Shown here: positions 14,513-24,181 of the stretch, piece after piece | Position numbering within the stretch: the stretch's first letter is position 1 | How the letters are laid out: each line of letters opens with the position of its first letter | Assembly: GCA_036006125.1 (NCBI GenBank) | Contig: DASYPX010000286.1 | Location: 1-49,749, forward strand | DNA length: 49,749 bases | Direction: 5' to 3' | Source: Pyrinomonadaceae bacterium | Lineage (GTDB): Bacteria; Acidobacteriota; Blastocatellia; Pyrinomonadales; Pyrinomonadaceae | Translations under genes and position numbers: made by a program | The notes under the pieces: generated by a model | Seen by the model: the letters and a program-made list of their open reading frames with translations, nothing else | Databases searched by the model: none | Told to the model about the DNA's origin: nothing

Positions 14513-17494
14513 TCAACGGAACTCTCGGATCAGAACGACGTCGCGTGTTTGGGTACCGCGAGCAAGCGCAAGATTGCGTCCATCCGCGGAAAGAGCAAAT
14601 TTGAAGATAAGATCAGATTTGAAGTTGGTTAATTGCTTGGGCGGATCGCCGTTGATGGGTTGGCTCCAGATGTTGGAGACGCCGTTGCGCTTCTGCACGT
14701 AAACCAGTGAGCCGGAGTCCGCTGTCCATCCGAATCCGGCAAATGGAACCACGGATGAAGGTAAGGATAAAAGTTTGATTGGATGACCACCAGCCGACGG
14801 AATGATTGCAAGGTGCGGCATCTGCTGTTCATCTTGATATCCGGCGGCGATGAGGTTGCCATCGGACGAGATGGCCGGCAAGATAGCCCAATAGTCAGTC
14901 AACGGCACCGGCTCACCACCATCTATCGAGACCTTCTGAATTCTTCCAGAATCGGCATCGGTCCAGGACCAGTAAATTACCGACTGGCCGTCCGGCGTGT
15001 ACCGTGGGTCAAAATCCCCGAAGGCGTTTCTCGTGAGTTGTTTCTGATTGCCGCCATCTGCATCCATCCTCCAGATGTTAAAAGATTCGCCGTGGAGCGA
15101 ACTGAAAACGATGTGACGGCCATCGGGTGACATCTGGGGTACCATTTTTACGGTGGAATCCGCGGTCAACTGTTTCCTTTCCGTTCCATCACGATTCATT
15201 AACCAGATGTTAGAGTCGTCGCCAGTCTTTAAAACACAAAGTATTTTCCCGTTCGGCGTCCAAGCCACACCATTTAAACCATCAAACTTTCCCACCGTGA
15301 GTTGTTTTGCGCGATCCTCTCCGTCGCCCATTTGGCCGACCCAGATTCTCGACGATCTATCCTGTTGTGCGGCCACGATGGCACTGGAGTCGGCCGTGAT
15401 GCTCAGGCTGCCTGCCAAATAGCCGTTCAGATCATTGGTAACCCTTTGCACTTCACCGCCGGGATAAGAGATGTGCCAGAGTTGTAATTCTGATGTGTGA
15501 TTCTCGAGAGCAAGGACCATCAATCCGCTCCTGTCACCGAGCCAGACGGTATTGGAAACGTGACTCCATCTATGTGGGGTCATCCATCTTTCCTGACCAC
15601 CGTCAACAGATATGACGACGATTGATTCGAACAGGAAGTCAGGTCCCACAGAAGCGCCGCAAACAATTGTCTTGTCGTCAGGCGACCAGGCGGGCCCGCT
15701 GTCGAGATATGACTGCCCTTCCTTCCTCACGAGTGTCTGCTCTCCCGTGCCATCAACGTTGGCGATGATCAAAGAATCGACGTGATGTGCGCCCTGTATT
15801 GTTCGAATGAAGGCCAAATGCTTACCATCACTCGAAAGACCCGCCGGGCCGTTGACGTTATCAGACACCTTTAATGGAGTACCGCCAAGCGTTGGAATTT
15901 GATAAAGCACCCCATGTAAGGCTTGAAGAGCCGGTGAGGCGGTGTAATAAATGAGGCTGCCGTCGCGCGAGAAAGTGGGTCCCACGATCTGGCCGTCGGT
16001 GGTAGAAACGATCTCTCTTTCGGTGGCCTGTCCTACCTGCTTCAGCCAGAGGCCTGCTTTTCCTTCGTCCCCCCGTACATATGAGATGTAGTTTCCATCA
16101 GGAGAAATGGCTGCCGCCGTCGCATTGCCGCTGTCTGTGAGCCTCGTAATTTTCATCGATTGTGCCGAGAACTTGGCAGCCGGTTGCTGGCGGCTCAACA
16201 GTCCTAACAAACCGTAAACCAGACCGCCGAGCACAATCAGGCCGATAGCGGCCGTAACCAAAACCGCTCTTTTATGTCTCTTAATTTCACCGACGATGTA
16301 CTCGGCGCTTGAGGTTGGACCTGCGGCCCCACCCGTCATCGTGGCGACGGACGTGAGGCGCGCGCTGTTGGTTGACTGGTTGAGACCGACTCGATGCCTT
16401 GAATCTTCTCGTAAACCATCAGCGGTAAGCTCTTGCTGTAACTCACGAAGATCAGAAAACATTTCGCGAGCAGTCTGGTATCGATCTTCTCTTTCCTTTC
16501 GCAGCGCCTTGGCGACGATCCACTCGAGTCGCTCCGGGATTTGGGCCGCAATTGGCGACTGCTTATCCCTCAAAATCGCGGCGCGCATATCCTCTGCAGT
16601 CTCGCCGCTAAACGGCAATCGGGTCGTAAGCATCTCGTAGAGCACCACACCCAGACTCCAGATGTCTGTGCGCTCGTCGACGGTGCCGGCGCGCGCCTGT
16701 TCGGGTGACATGTACGCCACCGTGCCCATTACGACGCCCGGGGCTGTATTCCAGGCTCGCGTTGAGGCTCCCGAATCCAAGCCGTCAGCATTGCGCGCCG
16801 GAAGGGCCACCTTTGCCAAGCCGAAGTCGAGCACTTTTACCAGACCGTCATCCCCACGGATCATGATGTTTTCGGGCTTGATGTCGCGGTGGATGATGTT
16901 TACCCGGTGGGCTGCCGCCAGCGCGGATGCCACTTGAATCGCAATCTCCAACGCTTCATCGAACCCTATAGACGAGCGAATGCGCTCGCGCAACGTCTGA
17001 CCCTCAATGAATTCGGTGGCAATGAACTGATGGCCATCTTCTTCACCGATCTCGTGAATGGTGATGATGTTTGGATGGTTGAGCGCCGAGGCGGCACGCG
17101 CTTCCTGTTCAAAACGTCCGAGCCGTTCAGGTTCTCGCGTGACATCCGACGAAAGAAACTTGAGCGATACCTTTCGATGTAGCCTTGTATCTTCGGCCAG
17201 GTAGACTCGGCCCATCCCGCCTTCACCGATGAGCGAGACGATGCTATAGCGCCCAATAATCTGGCCAGCAGTCAGTGTTCCATCCTCTATCAACATCTCG
17301 GCTGCTGCCTGATACGCCGGAGTATCAACGAAATTCTCGGTTTCTTCGTGAGACTTGATTAGAGATTCCACTGCGTGTCGCAGCGAGGCGTCCCCACCGC
17401 AAGATCGTTCCAAATAGGCTGCGCGTTCGTCCGGCGCGAGCGCGACGGCGTCGTGGAAGAGCGCCTTTAGGTTTTCCCAACGAGAGTCCGACAT
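14513..17494 (-). CDS. receptor Ser/Thr protein kinase with TM segment and periplasmic TolB-like (PD40) beta-propeller repeats
   Basis: Kinase core (VSLKFL, HRDIKPENIMI, DFGLAK), TM segment AVLVTAAIGLIVLGGLVYGLLGLL, then repeated SPDG/SADG propeller blades through to the C-terminus. Confidence 0.9.
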   Translation of the reverse strand: MSDSRWENLKALFHDAVALAPDERAAYLERSCGGDASLRHAVESLIKSHEETENFVDTPAYQAAAEMLIEDGTLTAGQIIGRYSIVSLIGEGGMGRVYLAEDTRLHRKVSLKFLSSDVTREPERLGRFEQEARAASALNHPNIITIHEIGEEDGHQFIATEFIEGQTLRERIRSSIGFDEALEIAIQVASALAAAHRVNIIHRDIKPENIMIRGDDGLVKVLDFGLAKVALPARNADGLDSGASTRAWNTAPGVVMGTVAYMSPEQARAGTVDERTDIWSLGVVLYEMLTTRLPFSGETAEDMRAAILRDKQSPIAAQIPERLEWIVAKALRKEREDRYQTAREMFSDLRELQQELTADGLREDSRHRVGLNQSTNSARLTSVATMTGGAAGPTSSAEYIVGEIKRHKRAVLVTAAIGLIVLGGLVYGLLGLLSRQQPAAKFSAQSMKITRLTDSGNATAAAISPDGNYISYVRGDEGKAGLWLKQVGQATEREIVSTTDGQIVGPTFSRDGSLIYYTASPALQALHGVLYQIPTLGGTPLKVSDNVNGPAGLSSDGKHLAFIRTIQGAHHVDSLIIANVDGTGEQTLVRKEGQSYLDSGPAWSPDDKTIVCGASVGPDFLFESIVVISVDGGQERWMTPHRWSHVSNTVWLGDRSGLMVLALENHTSELQLWHISYPGGEVQRVTNDLNGYLAGSLSITADSSAIVAAQQDRSSRIWVGQMGDGEDRAKQLTVGKFDGLNGVAWTPNGKILCVLKTGDDSNIWLMNRDGTERKQLTADSTVKMVPQMSPDGRHIVFSSLHGESFNIWRMDADGGNQKQLTRNAFGDFDPRYTPDGQSVIYWSWTDADSGRIQKVSIDGGEPVPLTDYWAILPAISSDGNLIAAGYQDEQQMPHLAIIPSAGGHPIKLLSLPSSVVPFAGFGWTADSGSLVYVQKRNGVSNIWSQPINGDPPKQLTNFKSDLIFKFALSADGRNLALARGTQTRDVVLIREFR

Positions 17495-17616
17495 TGATCA
17501 GCGCCAGCCCGCTGAAACGCGAGCTCAAATAAGGTGTGGGATTATAAAACGGGTGACGGTTAAAGCCACCCCTTCTCTGCCAGGCTGTGAAGTTCAGAAA
17601 TGTCTCGGTGAGGCCT

Positions 17617-18213
17617 TTAGTTGGCGGCGCTCATCTCGTTTCGCAGCCAGGCGCGAGCGAAGGTCCAGTCGCGCATCACGGTTCCAGAGGAGACCTTCAA
17701 TAGATTCGCAGTCTCTTCGATACTAAGACCACCGAAGAATCTCAATTCCACAATCTGACTCTGACGCACATCGATCGCCTCCAACCGGTGCAAGGCGTCA
17801 TCTATGGCAACGACGTTCTCCGCCTGTTGGTGGGCAAGATTCTCGACTTCATCCAGTGGCACTTGAATCAGGCTGCCGCCGCGCTTGGCTGAGTTTCGCT
17901 TGCGCGCTTCGTCCACGAGGATCTGTCGCATCAACCGCGCCGCGATACCGAAGAAGTGGGCGCGGTCTTCCCATTGAGTGTGCGATTGATCGACGAGACG
18001 AAGATAAGCCTCGTTGATGAGCGCAGAGGTTTGCAGGATGTGCCCGGCTTTCTCACGCCGCATGTGTTGGTGCGCGAGCCGGTGCAGTTCGTCATAAACC
18101 AGCGGCGTTAACTCTTCTAAAGCGCGATCATCCCCTTCACTCCATTTCCGCAACAGCACAGTCACATTCTCAGGGGCGATTGTCATTAGAGGTTTCCCGC
18201 GCGCTTTGCGCAT
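17617..18213 (-). CDS. ECF-type sigma-70 family sigma factor (TIGR02999/ECF43-like)
   Basis: VTVLLRKWSEGDDRALEELTPLVYDELHRLA...LQTSALINEAYLRL plus a C-terminal region-4 HTH (IEETANLLKVSSGTVMRDW). An alternative start is M10 (18186). Located 122 nt upstream of the kinase on the same strand. Confidence 0.85.
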   Translation of the reverse strand: MRKARGKPLMTIAPENVTVLLRKWSEGDDRALEELTPLVYDELHRLAHQHMRREKAGHILQTSALINEAYLRLVDQSHTQWEDRAHFFGIAARLMRQILVDEARKRNSAKRGGSLIQVPLDEVENLAHQQAENVVAIDDALHRLEAIDVRQSQIVELRFFGGLSIEETANLLKVSSGTVMRDWTFARAWLRNEMSAAN

Positions 18214-18300
18214 TAGTAAGTAAGCAAGAATAACAGCAGTCGCAGCGTGAGTGCCAGATTTGACCCAGTGCGCTGCCTCTATCGATCGGAGGAGGTAAAG

Positions 18301-18981
18301 ATGAGGTTCACCAAATTAGTAAATTGTAAGTCGAGCGGCGAAACAAGCGTCGCGAAGCAGGATGGCATGAACTGCGGAAAGATGGCCGGCAACAGGCAGA
18401 TCGGATTATTTGGAACGATCCACAACGTCACGTTCGTGAGGATTGCTGCCCTGTCGGTGCTGGTGGTCGCATTCAGCGCCACCGCGATGGCCCAATGCGG
18501 TGCCTCCTTCACCGCAATGGCAGCAGCTGCGGCTTCCGTCCGCAGCCAATCGCAAGCGTCACCATCGTCAGGCCAAACCAGGCCTTTTGCCGTGAGTGAT
18601 AATGCGGTCAACACGTCCATCGTCGGACTTTGGCACATCCGCTTCCTGGTTGGAGATCAACAGATCCAGGAAGCGTTCCAGATCTGGAATGCCGGCGGAA
18701 CAGAGGTTCACAACCCAAACGTCGATCCCAGGCAAGGAAACATCTGCCTCGGAGCATGGAAGGAGGAGGCGCCGCGAACTTTCAAGCTTGCTCACCGAGT
18801 ATGGTTCTACGATGCAAGTGGAAATTTCCAGGGAACGGGCGCGCTGAGTGAAACGCTTGTCCTTGGCGATAAGGGCAACACTCACAGCGGTACCTTTACG
18901 CTGGATATCTATGATCCGGCAGGCAACCTCGTAGGCGAGTTTCCGGGAACCGTGGTGGGAGAGCGCATTTCCCCAGACTAG
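18301..18981 (+). CDS. hypothetical secreted protein
   Basis: GGAGGAGG RBS before the ATG at 18301. Internal ATGs at 18367 and 18382 precede a signal-like segment (IAALSVLVVAFSATAMAQ), so the start is uncertain. No recognisable family. Confidence 0.55.
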   Translation: MRFTKLVNCKSSGETSVAKQDGMNCGKMAGNRQIGLFGTIHNVTFVRIAALSVLVVAFSATAMAQCGASFTAMAAAAASVRSQSQASPSSGQTRPFAVSDNAVNTSIVGLWHIRFLVGDQQIQEAFQIWNAGGTEVHNPNVDPRQGNICLGAWKEEAPRTFKLAHRVWFYDASGNFQGTGALSETLVLGDKGNTHSGTFTLDIYDPAGNLVGEFPGTVVGERISPD

Positions 18982-19129
18982 ACCTGAGGCTGCGCGGAGC
19001 GACGCTTCGCTCCGCGCCAGCATTTCAGTGGTAAGGACAAAGCAAAACCGCAAACCCATCGAGACTAAAGGGACTGAGTCGCCAATACGGTTGCTCTCTC
19101 GATCGCTCACTATATTCGGAGGGTTCGAT

Positions 19130-21142
19130 ATGAAAAGACCAATAACTCTTTCAACCTTAATGGCCCTAATCTTCCTTTTGATTTTCCCGACCGGTGTTAC
19201 GCGTGCCGCAACACCACCCTTTACAACTCTCCAACCAGGGCAGTTTCGGGAGATAAATCAGAATCTACAGGTAAACATTGTATTCGTCGGTTACCATCAA
19301 GGCGCCGGGCCACGAGACATAAATGAGGCCGCGTTTCGGGCCGGAATGCCACACCGGGATCGAACAATTGATGTCGGTCCCTCCAGCTATATTCCCAGCA
19401 CTAATGAGAGCGATCAGGTATGGATCGGTAATTCCTTTGATTACAACTACAACATCGTTTACGCGAACCAAGCCTTCGAAGACGCGTATTTCAATTTCGT
19501 CCCGACGATTAGCATTCCATGCCGAGTTACTGTCTATCAACAGTATTACAATACACAACACTCTCGATCGCTCAACATCACGAACAACATTTGCATAGAA
19601 GCGAATGAGGCAGAGTATTGGTTGGCGCAAAACGCACCCACAATGTTGGGGGTCGATACCTCTAAAGATACGGTTTTTCTGATCAACTGGTATGGCCGGT
19701 CCGACTTTCGTTTCCATACCTACTTACCTTTCGGCTATCCCGATCCCGATCCGGATACGGGATACACTGCTGCCTTCTACCAACCCAATGAGACGATAGC
19801 CTGGGGAGGAACCACACCTGATGATGAACAGAACGGCTTCGGTTCGCTAAAGAGAGTATGGTTTTACGATCTCTCCGCCGGTCCTGAATGGAACACGGCG
19901 AACTACCTGCTCGATACAGCGGAATTTGGTGGTTTGCATTTGTATATTATGCCGCCGGTCTGGGAATACGGAAATATGTCGGCCTATCGGCCGTTCAATG
20001 ATTTGTCGGGGGATCTGGCAAAGATCACACGCTACGTAGCGCTCGATTGTCTATTCACCAAGTCCCCGATCTCACCGCCGGCTCTATCGCCGCCAAAGAT
20101 GCCGAATAGCATCCAATTCGATATCAATCTTTACCAGGCAGATCCGAGTTGGAGTCTTCGCGATTATGTAAAGCCGGATCGAATAGTAAGCGAGCACGCA
20201 AAGTTGCGCCCCTATAACACGCAGTCGGCATCGGTTACTGATCTGCGATTTGACAATCGGCAAGCCCAGATCTATGACTGCGGGCGAAGTGAGTTCATTA
20301 AACTCTTTGCCGATCCGAGTTATCCCGCGACTTCGTGCTACGGAAATCGCGGCGATGAGAATGATCTGTTGCTTACTGACTTTTTCCTTTATCACCGGGA
20401 TCATTTGAACCAGTTCATCGAGGACGACGCAGACCTTGAGGTGCCTATCTTTGCCTATGGCGTGCCGGATAATCAGGCGCTTCCTTTACTCGGAATACAG
20501 GATGACGACCACTATGACGGCACCAGGTCCTCTTTCATCTACTACTGGCTGACAGATTCTTACCGGCAGTTCCGAGGAATGACTGGGGGATTAATCCATG
20601 AAGCGGGGCATTTCATGGGGATGTCTCACACCCATGACGGATTTGACTATGAAGATTTCACTTATCACGGTAGCTTTGAAGATCCGTACTTCTTCATGTG
20701 GACAGGTGATGAATCGGACTCAGTGATGGGTTACATGTTTCTGAGCAACAACTTCAGCCAATTCGACCGTGACAACATGAACCGGTATATGACGGCAATC
20801 TATATAAACCAGGCGAATAAAATACTGCCGGCGATCTTATCGAATCCGAACGTCGGCAAGATAGATTCCGATCTTTCGTCCGCCGACTCGGACGCCGGAG
20901 CCGCCCTGACGGCGTATGAAAACATGGACTATTTGAATGCCGCGACCAGAGCAAAGTCCGCATACGACAAAGTGCTCGCCGCTGCGGCGCGAATCAACGT
21001 AAAAATCGAACCCGAAGCATCGTCCGCAGACTATCGTCGTCACAAGCCGAATCCGGCAATCATCGATCCGATAAACGGCCACGGAAATACGAAGCTGCCG
21101 CTGAGTGATCCACAGGTCACCGGCTACCTGCCGATTCAATAA
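19130..21142 (+). CDS. secreted metzincin-like zinc metalloprotease (family unassigned)
   Basis: GGAGGG RBS, then MKRPITLSTLMALIFLLIFPTGVTRA signal peptide. HEAGHFMGMSHTHD (HExxHxxGxxH, 20597-20638), then SVMGYM as a possible Met-turn. Visibly more AT-rich than neighbouring genes. Confidence 0.7.
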   Translation: MKRPITLSTLMALIFLLIFPTGVTRAATPPFTTLQPGQFREINQNLQVNIVFVGYHQGAGPRDINEAAFRAGMPHRDRTIDVGPSSYIPSTNESDQVWIGNSFDYNYNIVYANQAFEDAYFNFVPTISIPCRVTVYQQYYNTQHSRSLNITNNICIEANEAEYWLAQNAPTMLGVDTSKDTVFLINWYGRSDFRFHTYLPFGYPDPDPDTGYTAAFYQPNETIAWGGTTPDDEQNGFGSLKRVWFYDLSAGPEWNTANYLLDTAEFGGLHLYIMPPVWEYGNMSAYRPFNDLSGDLAKITRYVALDCLFTKSPISPPALSPPKMPNSIQFDINLYQADPSWSLRDYVKPDRIVSEHAKLRPYNTQSASVTDLRFDNRQAQIYDCGRSEFIKLFADPSYPATSCYGNRGDENDLLLTDFFLYHRDHLNQFIEDDADLEVPIFAYGVPDNQALPLLGIQDDDHYDGTRSSFIYYWLTDSYRQFRGMTGGLIHEAGHFMGMSHTHDGFDYEDFTYHGSFEDPYFFMWTGDESDSVMGYMFLSNNFSQFDRDNMNRYMTAIYINQANKILPAILSNPNVGKIDSDLSSADSDAGAALTAYENMDYLNAATRAKSAYDKVLAAAARINVKIEPEASSADYRRHKPNPAIIDPINGHGNTKLPLSDPQVTGYLPIQ

Positions 21143-21219
21143 GTGAAGCCTCTTTCCGGCTGCTATTGAGAACTCGGCTGATAACCTCGGGGACTTGGGC
21201 CAGATCTGCGGATGAATCC

Positions 21220-22950
21220 TCACACCGGTCGCACCGCTTTCTGAAACGCTTTCGTGCCCAACGCATTCAGTACTTCGCCTTTTCGCACCCAGCCGCGGCG
21301 CGCGATGCCAACGCCGTACTGCACATTGTGCAGCGCGTTCATAGAGTGCGCGTCGACCGAAATCACGAACTTAATCTTTCGTTTGCGCGCTTCGCGAATC
21401 CAGCGCGGCTCCATGTCCAGGCGATACGGGTCGCCGTTGATCTCGATCGCCGCGCGCGATTCGGCAATCACATCCAGGATTTCCTCGACGCGACATTCAA
21501 ACGGCGGACGCCGCTGAATCAAACGGCCCAGGGCGTGTCCCCAAATCTTGAATACCGGCTGTTGCATCGCCGTCACAATCCGCTGCGTCATTTGATCGGA
21601 ATTCATTTTGTACCGCGAATGGATGCTCGCGACGATCACATCGAATTGCTCAAGAATCCAGTCGGGATAATCCAGCAACCCGCTCTGCAGAATATCTGAT
21701 TCAGTTCCCTTCAGAATCTTGACCTTCGTCTGTTCCTGCACGCGCTCGATCTCTTCCCATTGCTCCTGCAGTCGATCGATCTTGACGCCACCGGCGTAAA
21801 ACGCGGTCGGCGAGTGATCCGTGATAGTGATGTACTTCATCCCCATCGCTGCCGCCGCACCGACCATTTGCTCGACACTATGCTTGCCATCGGAATACAT
21901 CGTGTGGCAATGCACCATGCCCTGAATGTCTTCCGTTGTGATCAAGTCCTGAGACAACTTCCCTTTCAATGCGGTTTCAATTTCGCCGGCGTCTTCGCGC
22001 AATTCAGGCGCCACGTATTGCAAACCCAGACGCTTGTAAATATCGCCTTCGGATTTCACAAAGGTTGAAGAGCCGCGCGCGAAGTCTCCATTTCCCGAAA
22101 CGATGTTCAGCTTCTTCTTCGTGGCGATCGGCTGAAGTTTTTTCAGATGTGCTTCCGAGCCAGTCGCGCGCCACAACGCGAGCGCGAACTCTTCCGGTTT
22201 CACGGCAATCAGCGTCGCCTTGAATCCTTCGCTCAAGACTGCGGAGCATTCCCGTCGCGTTTTGGATTCGGTGCGAATCACCATGGGAAATTGTCGGAAG
22301 TGTTCAATGATTGACTGTGGATTCTTAGCCGCCGCGACAATCACGATTCGCGAAACAGTTTCTTTCCAGCGACGCGTGGCGCCAGCCGCTTCCGCTTTCG
22401 TGAGACCACGTGCTGTCTCGAGATACTCGATAATCCGCTCGCTAATGCGCCAGGCATGATGAATGTGGATGAACTGTTCGCGGTTCTCATGGCCGGCGAT
22501 AGCATCCAGGATCTTCTGTTCGGTTTTCGCGGTGAAGCCTTTTATGTCGCGCAACTTGCCGGCTTCGCACGCTGCGCGCAAATCTTCGACGCTCTTGATG
22601 CCGAGTTCTTGCTGAAGTTTTTCAACCTTCTGAATCGACAAGCCGGGGATACGCGACAGTTCGATAATGCCTGCCGGCAATTGCCCGCGCAGCTCATTGA
22701 GCATTGAAGACTCGCCCGTCTCATACAACTGCTCGATCTGTTTCGCGAGCGCGTATCCAATTCCCTTCACGAGCGTCAGACGGTTTTGTTTGATTAGCTT
22801 GCCAATGTCTTCACTGAGTTCGGACACGGCGCGCGCCCCTGCCTTGTACGCGCGAGCTTTGAAGTATTGCCCGCCTTTCAATTCGAGTAGCGCGCCGATC
22901 TCTTGCAGCGCGGCGGCAATCGCAAATTTGTCTTTCAGTGGCTGGGCCAC
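21220..22950 (-). CDS. polX: family X DNA polymerase with C-terminal PHP phosphoesterase domain
   Basis: N-terminal HhH/PolX region (FKARAYKAGARAV, GIGYALAKQIEQL, IPGLSIQKVEKL) and a PHP domain (VHCHTMYSDGKHS ... VISVDAHS). Confidence 0.9.
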   Translation of the reverse strand: MAQPLKDKFAIAAALQEIGALLELKGGQYFKARAYKAGARAVSELSEDIGKLIKQNRLTLVKGIGYALAKQIEQLYETGESSMLNELRGQLPAGIIELSRIPGLSIQKVEKLQQELGIKSVEDLRAACEAGKLRDIKGFTAKTEQKILDAIAGHENREQFIHIHHAWRISERIIEYLETARGLTKAEAAGATRRWKETVSRIVIVAAAKNPQSIIEHFRQFPMVIRTESKTRRECSAVLSEGFKATLIAVKPEEFALALWRATGSEAHLKKLQPIATKKKLNIVSGNGDFARGSSTFVKSEGDIYKRLGLQYVAPELREDAGEIETALKGKLSQDLITTEDIQGMVHCHTMYSDGKHSVEQMVGAAAAMGMKYITITDHSPTAFYAGGVKIDRLQEQWEEIERVQEQTKVKILKGTESDILQSGLLDYPDWILEQFDVIVASIHSRYKMNSDQMTQRIVTAMQQPVFKIWGHALGRLIQRRPPFECRVEEILDVIAESRAAIEINGDPYRLDMEPRWIREARKRKIKFVISVDAHSMNALHNVQYGVGIARRGWVRKGEVLNALGTKAFQKAVRPV

Positions 22951-22980
22951 GGTCAGTGATTAAGTCTCAGTTGATTCCTT

Positions 22981-23008
22981 GATCCGCTCACTATCGTTCG
23001 CGGTTCTG
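22981..23008. repeat. copy 1 of GATCCGCTCACTATCGTTCGCGGTTCTG repeat
   Basis: Recurs at 28072-28098 with a 2-nt insertion. Lies in the divergent polX / MscS-like intergenic region. Confidence 0.8.
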
Positions 23009-23102
23009 ACACTTATGGCATGGCTAGTGCCTAAATCCAAACGCAAGGACTGGCTTCACTTTCGCGACAACAAATCCAGACCCTTGCGAGGATTCTGTAA
23101 GA

Positions 23103-24158
23103 ATGGCGGACGAACTGCGCACCGAAGTCGAACAGGTAAAAGAGCGCGAAGACGTTAAGCAAGCGCTCAAGCAAACGACGGCGACGGCGCCGCAAGACCA
23201 GCCGAAAGCAGGAACTAAAGACAAACTTTGGCTCGGCACGCATGTGATTGTTCTCCTTGGTCTCGCGGTCTTTTATTACTTACTGCAATTCAAAGTCTTC
23301 GGTTTCGCCGCGCGATTCGTGCCCTACATTCAGAAGCTCGACAAGGCAGCGATGGCGGTTGTCGTGTTACTGGCAATCGCAAAGGTCGTAGACGTCTACT
23401 TAATCGGCCGCCTCGACAGCGCGGTCTCACGTTACACCCTACGACGCGTTGCGAAACTGGTGCTGGGATTGTTGATGGTTCTGGCGGTTGTGGCGTTCAG
23501 CAACTGGTACACAACGCTGGTGTCGGTCGGTGTCTTCTCATTGGTGCTCGGTTTGGCGGTGCAAATGCCGATGACCAGCTTTCTCGGTTGGATTTACATC
23601 CTGGCGCGCGCGCCGTATCGCGTCGGCGATCGCATTCAGATTGGCGACGCGAAGGGCGACGTGATCGACGTCAGCTATCTGGACACGACGCTCTGGGAGG
23701 TTGGCGGCGACATTCTTTCCACCGATCACCCAACGGGACGAGTCATTAAGTTTCCAAATTCCAAGGTGCTCAGTTCAACCGTCTATAACTATAGTTGGCC
23801 GCTGTTTCCCTACATTTGGAACGAAATCAAGTTCAGCGTCGCATACGAGAGCGACCTCGAATTCATTTCGGAAACGATGCAACGGATCGCGGCGGAAGAA
23901 GTCGGCGAGCGCATGATGAAACGCGTCAGCGTCTTTCGCGAACTGCTGTCGCAGACGCCGGTCGATCAGCTCGAAGTGCGCGAGTATCCGGCCGTGATGT
24001 TTCGTGTGAATTCGAACACATGGCTGGATGCGATCGTGCGCTATCTCGTGCGGCCGAAGCGAGCGGGCCAGGTCAAGACTCGCCTGATCAATCGACTGTT
24101 GAAGGAACTGAATGCCGCACCCGATCGAGTGATGTTTCCAAAGAGCAATGCGCGGTGA
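23103..24158 (+). CDS. mechanosensitive ion channel (MscS-family) protein
   Basis: Several TM helices, then ARAPYRVGDRIQIGDAKGDVIDVSYLDTTLWEVGG, the MscS beta-domain signature. Confidence 0.85.
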   Translation: MADELRTEVEQVKEREDVKQALKQTTATAPQDQPKAGTKDKLWLGTHVIVLLGLAVFYYLLQFKVFGFAARFVPYIQKLDKAAMAVVVLLAIAKVVDVYLIGRLDSAVSRYTLRRVAKLVLGLLMVLAVVAFSNWYTTLVSVGVFSLVLGLAVQMPMTSFLGWIYILARAPYRVGDRIQIGDAKGDVIDVSYLDTTLWEVGGDILSTDHPTGRVIKFPNSKVLSSTVYNYSWPLFPYIWNEIKFSVAYESDLEFISETMQRIAAEEVGERMMKRVSVFRELLSQTPVDQLEVREYPAVMFRVNSNTWLDAIVRYLVRPKRAGQVKTRLINRLLKELNAAPDRVMFPKSNAR

Positions 24159-24181
24159 TTTTGAAAAATTAAGGCCTCGGT

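Noticed and set aside
14343-14702. ORF 14343-14702 and the tail of ORF 14266-14604 beyond ~14510
   Set aside because: One is out of frame with the transposase-like N-terminus, and the tail is antisense to the kinase C-terminus. Neither shows TnpA-like sequence, so they do not rescue the truncated transposase.
14513-21142. Whole kinase-sigma-hypothetical-protease block as a horizontally acquired island that truncated the transposase and split ku from polX
   Set aside because: Hand GC counts in the kinase (about 53%) and the hypothetical gene (about 57%) look like the rest of the window. Only the metalloprotease gene is clearly AT-richer. No direct repeats or integrase mark the boundaries.
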